Shown here piece by piece: positions 59,442 to 64,000 of a stretch of 64,000 bases of DNA (position 1 is its first letter; every line of letters starts with the position of its first letter). The notes under the pieces were generated by a model. It was not told the DNA's origin and searched no databases. It saw only the letters and a list, made by a program, of their open reading frames with translations. This DNA is from an uncultured Candidatus Binatia bacterium (lineage in GTDB: Bacteria > Desulfobacterota > Binatia > UBA9968 > JAJDTQ01), in the NCBI GenBank assembly GCA_965213675.1, contig OZ243916.1, positions 1,984,001 through 2,048,000 on the forward strand, given 5' to 3'. Both the position numbers and the translations under genes were made by a program.

Positions 59442-60365
59442 TCATCCCCTGAAGCAGTGGTCATTGTGCCAGGTAAGGGCAACCGGATCGGGGCGCTGGG
59501 TAGCTTCACTCGGCGCGCTGATCCGCTGACCCTGTAGGGCATAGTAATGCCGGCCGTTGTCAAACTCTTCCTTGATGCGGCGGCTGACCTCGAACTTGAG
59601 AGCGGGCGTGACCGTCACATAACCGGCGTCGAACAGGCTGTGGATGTCGCGCCGCAGCAGAAGGCCGTTCCGGGCCTCGTGTGCGCCCCCGTCGCCATAG
59701 GGACGGATATGCGCCGCCTCAAGCGCCGGCAGAGTCCGCTCCTGCGTGACGGCACAACGCCGCCCATAAATGTCGGTCACCAGCACACGGAATGCGCCCT
59801 GCCCGAGCCGGGGCCGGATGAGATGGGGCTCCCCGAACCGCGCCTGCTCTTTGGCTATACCAGGGAACAGCTGCCGGGCCGAACGGTCGTTGACCGCCTC
59901 CCACAGGGCCAGCCCCTCGGCTTCGGCCGTGTTGTAGGTCTTGAACGAGACGATGTTCGGCGACCAGCTTTCCGGTACCGGAATCCGGTCGGCCTCGTCG
60001 AGAAAGAACGGTTGGGTCAAGATGCGGCAACCGATGGCGAAGTCGCTGCGGTCGTCCGGGTCCGTCCTTCGGTACTTTGCGATGCGCGTGCGCATTTCCT
60101 GTGCCGACCGCGCGCCGTTCGCCTCGCCGAACGCTTCCCAGGCAAGCGAACACGGCAATGCGTTTGCATAGGTGAAGATGCCGCCGCCGCCAATCACGTT
60201 GCGCGATCCGCGCAACTTGAACAGGAACAACTCGCCCGGCTGGAGCGCCCGAAAATTCTTCCCTGCCGAGGGTGCCCAGAAGTTGACCTCGCTGCGGTCC
60301 GGCTGCTGCCGCAGCATCTCGAACCAGTCGTCATCGGTGACGGCGATGATCAGATTAATGCCCAT
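59442..60365 (-). CDS. HNH endonuclease (putative restriction endonuclease)
   Basis: RLGQGAFR, CAVT, LEAAHIRP, NGLLLRRDIHSLFDAG. Confidence 0.88.
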   Translation of the reverse strand: MGINLIIAVTDDDWFEMLRQQPDRSEVNFWAPSAGKNFRALQPGELFLFKLRGSRNVIGGGGIFTYANALPCSLAWEAFGEANGARSAQEMRTRIAKYRRTDPDDRSDFAIGCRILTQPFFLDEADRIPVPESWSPNIVSFKTYNTAEAEGLALWEAVNDRSARQLFPGIAKEQARFGEPHLIRPRLGQGAFRVLVTDIYGRRCAVTQERTLPALEAAHIRPYGDGGAHEARNGLLLRRDIHSLFDAGYVTVTPALKFEVSRRIKEEFDNGRHYYALQGQRISAPSEATQRPDPVALTWHNDHCFRG

Positions 60366-60602
60366 ACCCAGCCGCCATCATTCGATGCCAGAGCCGCCGG
60401 CAGGTCTGACCAGTCCGAACTGTCCAGCGTGTCCTCGTAATGAACTTGGTGCAAATGTCGCGTTCGCTGAGACTCTTCTTGTTCATGGCGATCAGCGCTC
60501 ATTGAGGGTCTGTGTCAAGGCCCAACGACCCGCCCACTCAACGTCGACATTAGGCGTCGGATTCTTGACACCGTACCGTGATTTTGTGTCTTGGAAAAGC
60601 CT

Positions 60603-60731
60603 GATCGGCAATGGCTCGAGGCTTGCGCGTGTTTCCCGCCAGTCGTCTACACGGATCCGGTCCCGCCGCGTGGCGACCAAGAGCAGGTTGCCGGCCTCCA
60701 CGGGCTGGAGGGAGGGGACGAATGCTTGCAT
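60603..60731 (-). pseudogene. vapC fragment
   Basis: VPSLQPVEAGNLLLVATRRDRIRVDDW...LPI matches the internal part of VapC at 36800. Confidence 0.75.
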
Positions 60732-60976
60732 CGCCGTCTGCGATACGCTTGAATTCGCCCCGGTTTCGGGTCACACGCTTCCGGTACGCTTACGCTCCGG
60801 TGATGGGACCGACTGGCTCACCAGATGAACTTCTTACGTAATCAGGACGGCCCTTGCGTGCCTCGTGCGCGGGTGGCGGTACTCTTGCTGCACCGCGCGC
60901 CTTTGATCTCGGGGAGAGGGCGAGGACGGAATCGAGCGATACACCACCCGGTGACGCGCCGGTGCGGGAGACGGGG

Positions 60977-61108
60977 CTCATCTGCGGGGTAGAGGAACGC
61001 GCCATCGTCGTCGTGCCCTACCGCCCGGATTGGCCGGAGACGTTTCGCCAGCACCGGGAGCGCATCGCGGCGGCGATCAGCGCGGGGGCGCCAAAGGACG
61101 CGCGCTGA
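60977..61108 (+). pseudogene. GrpB-family N-terminal fragment
   Basis: LICGVEERAIVVVPYRPDWPETF...RIAAA followed by an early stop. Confidence 0.6.
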
Positions 61109-61129
61109 AGGGGGCGACCCGGTCAGGGG

Positions 61130-61846
61130 ATGAACATTCGAGAATCCGTCATTGTCGCCCTGCGCGATGCCGCCGACCCGGTCAGGGCACCGCAGCAGCA
61201 GGCATACATGAAGTCGGACATGCCCTACCTGGGGGTGGGCGTGCCGCAATGCCGTCGCATCGCAGGCGCCCTGTTCGCCAAGCACCCGCTGCCGGACGCC
61301 GACGCCTGGGAGGCGGCCATTCTCGACCTCTGGCGCCGGGCCGCCCACCGCGAGGAACGCTACGCGGCGATCGAGCTGCTGCTCTTCCGGCGCTATTCGA
61401 GCTGGCTCGAGCCGGCGCGCCTTCCCATGATCGAGGAGATGGTGGTCACCGGCGCCTGGTGGGATTACGTGGACGCGATTGCCGGCCGCGGGGTGGGGGC
61501 CATGCTCGCCGCACATCCCCGCCCGATGAAGGCCATCCTCCGGGAGTGGGCGAGGGACGGCGACATCTGGAAGCGGCGAACCGCCATTCTCGCCCAACTC
61601 CACGCGAAGCAAGGGACGGACCCGAACCTGCTCGCCGACGCGATCCGGCCGTCCATCGGCGACCCGGAGTTCTTTCTTCGCAAGGGTATCGGCTGGGCGC
61701 TCCGCGAGTACTCCAAGACCGATCCGGGATGGGTGACGGCGTTCGTGGACGCGCATCCCGGGCTCTCCACGCTGAGCCGGCGCGAAGCGCTCAAGCACCT
61801 GGATCGTCAACGCCAACGGAGGTCCGCGGCAGGGCCTTCGGACTGA
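61130..61846 (+). CDS. DNA alkylation repair protein (AlkD-like)
   Basis: AYMKS...GV, REERY, WWDYVD, EFFLRKGIGWALREYSK. Confidence 0.88.
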   Translation: MNIRESVIVALRDAADPVRAPQQQAYMKSDMPYLGVGVPQCRRIAGALFAKHPLPDADAWEAAILDLWRRAAHREERYAAIELLLFRRYSSWLEPARLPMIEEMVVTGAWWDYVDAIAGRGVGAMLAAHPRPMKAILREWARDGDIWKRRTAILAQLHAKQGTDPNLLADAIRPSIGDPEFFLRKGIGWALREYSKTDPGWVTAFVDAHPGLSTLSRREALKHLDRQRQRRSAAGPSD

Positions 61847-61921
61847 AGCCGCCCCCCACGCGGTGTTCCACGGCGTTCCGCATCGTTCCCGGCGGAGGGA
61901 GCGATGTCGCGCCATACTTGC

Positions 61922-64000
61922 TCATCCGCCATCCGGCTGCCGGTACGCGATCTCGAACGAGGCATCGCTCATCCACCGCTTGAAGCCCTGGTTGTCCATG
62001 AATTGCTTGTAGAGCTGGGTGTCGTCCTTCATCAGGGAGGTCATGACGCGCTTCAGGGCCTTGTCGTGCTCGATGCGGGCGTTTTGCTTGTCCGAGTTCT
62101 GCTGGGCGTTCCTGAAGGCGGTGTCCGCGGCCACCCGGGCGGGGATCGTCTCCGTGATGAGCTGGTGCACGCGGTCGGCGTCTTCCCAGACAATGTTGCC
62201 GAACAGATCGTTGAACATCCGGACGATGTTGGAGAGCTGGTCCATCTCGGGCTCGGGAACATGGCCGCCACCCGTGGTGGGTACCGGGTCGATCTCGGCG
62301 TCCTGGTCGGGCAGCAGTATCTTCTGCATCGCCTGTTTCTCGGCCCGGTAGCTGTCCAGGTCGATGGCCTCGAGGATGCCCTTCGAGAGGTCGTCCTCCT
62401 CGGGGGCCGGCAACTTGGGAATCAGGAAATTCAGAAAGATCGAACGCTTCTCCCACTCGGCGTTGGTGTAGGGAAGGACGCAGGAGAGAAAGCTGTAAGT
62501 GCGGACGAAGCCCTTGGCCTTGCCCTTGAAATCCACCTGACCATCTTCCTCGAGTTCGTGCTTGTACACCGCCACGCACGCGTCGAGTATCGGATCCAAC
62601 TGGTCGCGGTCGGCCCCGCCCAGGTAACGCTTCACGAAGTCATCGACCTGATCCTCGGAGTACACATGGGCAGCATCCAGAGCCGCCTGCAGGTCGTGCA
62701 GTTTGTTGGGATCGGTCTCGTCAGCCAGGATCGTCGCCCGATAGAAGTCCGCGAACCCGTCGCGGATGGTGTCGACGTCGTTCAGGAAATCCAGCACGAA
62801 GACATCGTGCTTCTTGGGGTGCGCCCGGTTGAGTCGGGACAGGGTCTGCACCGCCTTGATGCCGGAGAGCGTCTTGTCCACGTACATGGTGTGCAGCAGC
62901 GGTTCGTCATATCCGGTCTGAAACTTGTCGGCGCAGACCAGGAAGCGGTAGGAGTCCTCCCGGAACCGCTCGGCGATCCGGCCGGAGGGGAAGCCGTTCA
63001 ACGACGCCTCACTCACCTTCGTATCGTCCAACTCGTGCTCGCCGGAGAAGGCGACCAAGGCCTGGTGCCGGCTCTTGCGCTCCTGCAGATAGTCGCGGAT
63101 GGCGTGGAAGTACTGGATTGCGCGCTCAATGCCGTTGGTGACCACCATGGCCCGGGCTTGTCCGCCGACCTTGTCTTGGGCCAGGACCTGTTCGTGGAAG
63201 TGGTCGACCATGATCTCGGCCTTGAGACGGATCGCGTGGTCGCTGCCCTCCACGAAACGCCGGAGCTTCTTCTGCGCCTTCCGTGTATCGAACTGCGGGT
63301 CGTCCTCTACAGTCGTGGCCAGCTTGTAGTAGCTGTCCACTGGCGTGTAGTGCGCGAGCACGTCCAGGATGAAGCCCTCCTGGATGGCCTGCTTCATGGT
63401 GTAGGTGTGAAAGGCATGGTGCTGGACCGTGCCGTCGGCCTGGGGATCGGGGTTGCCGAAGATTTCCAGGGTCTTGTTCTTGGGCGTGGCCGTAAAGGCG
63501 AAGTAGCTGGCGTTGGGGAGCAGCTTGTGCGACTCCATGAGGCGGTTGATCTGATCCTCATAGGTCTCTTCCTCGGCTGCCTCACCGGCCTGGGAGAGCG
63601 CCTGCGCCATGGCTGCGCTGGTGCGGCCGCCCTGGCTGGAGTGGGCCTCGTCGATGATGATGGCGAAGCGCCGCCCGCGTTGTTCGTTGCCGATCTCACC
63701 GAGGATGAAGGGGAACTTCTGTACGGTCGAGATGATGATCTTCTTGCCAGCCTCGATGAACCGGCGCAGGTCGCCCGAACGCTCGGCATGCCCGAGTGTC
63801 GCGCCGATCTGGGCGTACTGTCTAATGGTGTCACGAATCTGCTTGTCGAGAATCCGCCGGTCGGTGACCACGATGATCGAGTCGAAGACCGGCGCGTCAT
63901 CCCTTACCAGTCCGATCAATTGATGGGCCAGCCAGGCAATGGAGTTGCTCTTGCCGCTGCCCGCCGAGTGCTGGATTAGATAACGTTGGCCCGGTCCGCG
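61922..64000 (-). CDS. hsdR: type I restriction enzyme R subunit, 5'-partial
   Basis: QHSAGSGKS, IIDEAHSS, FTATP, KFQTGYDEP, QTLSRLNR; frame is open to the window edge. Confidence 0.93.
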   Translation of the reverse strand, partial: RGPGQRYLIQHSAGSGKSNSIAWLAHQLIGLVRDDAPVFDSIIVVTDRRILDKQIRDTIRQYAQIGATLGHAERSGDLRRFIEAGKKIIISTVQKFPFILGEIGNEQRGRRFAIIIDEAHSSQGGRTSAAMAQALSQAGEAAEEETYEDQINRLMESHKLLPNASYFAFTATPKNKTLEIFGNPDPQADGTVQHHAFHTYTMKQAIQEGFILDVLAHYTPVDSYYKLATTVEDDPQFDTRKAQKKLRRFVEGSDHAIRLKAEIMVDHFHEQVLAQDKVGGQARAMVVTNGIERAIQYFHAIRDYLQERKSRHQALVAFSGEHELDDTKVSEASLNGFPSGRIAERFREDSYRFLVCADKFQTGYDEPLLHTMYVDKTLSGIKAVQTLSRLNRAHPKKHDVFVLDFLNDVDTIRDGFADFYRATILADETDPNKLHDLQAALDAAHVYSEDQVDDFVKRYLGGADRDQLDPILDACVAVYKHELEEDGQVDFKGKAKGFVRTYSFLSCVLPYTNAEWEKRSIFLNFLIPKLPAPEEDDLSKGILEAIDLDSYRAEKQAMQKILLPDQDAEIDPVPTTGGGHVPEPEMDQLSNIVRMFNDLFGNIVWEDADRVHQLITETIPARVAADTAFRNAQQNSDKQNARIEHDKALKRVMTSLMKDDTQLYKQFMDNQGFKRWMSDASFEIAYRQPDGG

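Overview
High-GC bacterial chromosomal window, rich in transporters (ABC, TRAP, TAXI, RND) and amidohydrolases. This gene content resembles Binatia or other deltaproteobacterial symbiont genomes, which is inference only. Contents in order: hydrolases, hslR, cinA, an RND pump, a NitT/TauT ABC system, and a selenoneine cluster (senA-senB) directly preceded by a GH84 beta-N-acetylglucosaminidase. Next is a LysW-carrier amino-acid operon (lysW-lysX // lysY-Ntn hydrolase-lysZ-lysJ) that has no lysK and is split by a lower-GC two-gene STAND-ATPase cassette. Then come an ALDH/amidohydrolase/aminotransferase cluster, rnhA, a ychF-like gene, vapBC, a TRAP transporter, ampG, typA, a phosphatase plus ABC locus, and a liv operon bracketed by IS3-like ends. 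The window ends in a defence region (GmrSD-like DUF262/DUF1524, HNH nuclease, AlkD-like, HsdR) around a tRNA-Ser(TGA) gene interrupted by a 159-bp hairpin MITE. Best candidates for new biology: (1) GH84 coupled to selenoneine synthesis, (2) an EgtC-like Ntn hydrolase standing in for LysK, (3) the uncharacterised STAND-ATPase plus partner cassette, (4) the MITE in the tRNA variable loop. All protein calls come from motif recognition; no database searches were run.
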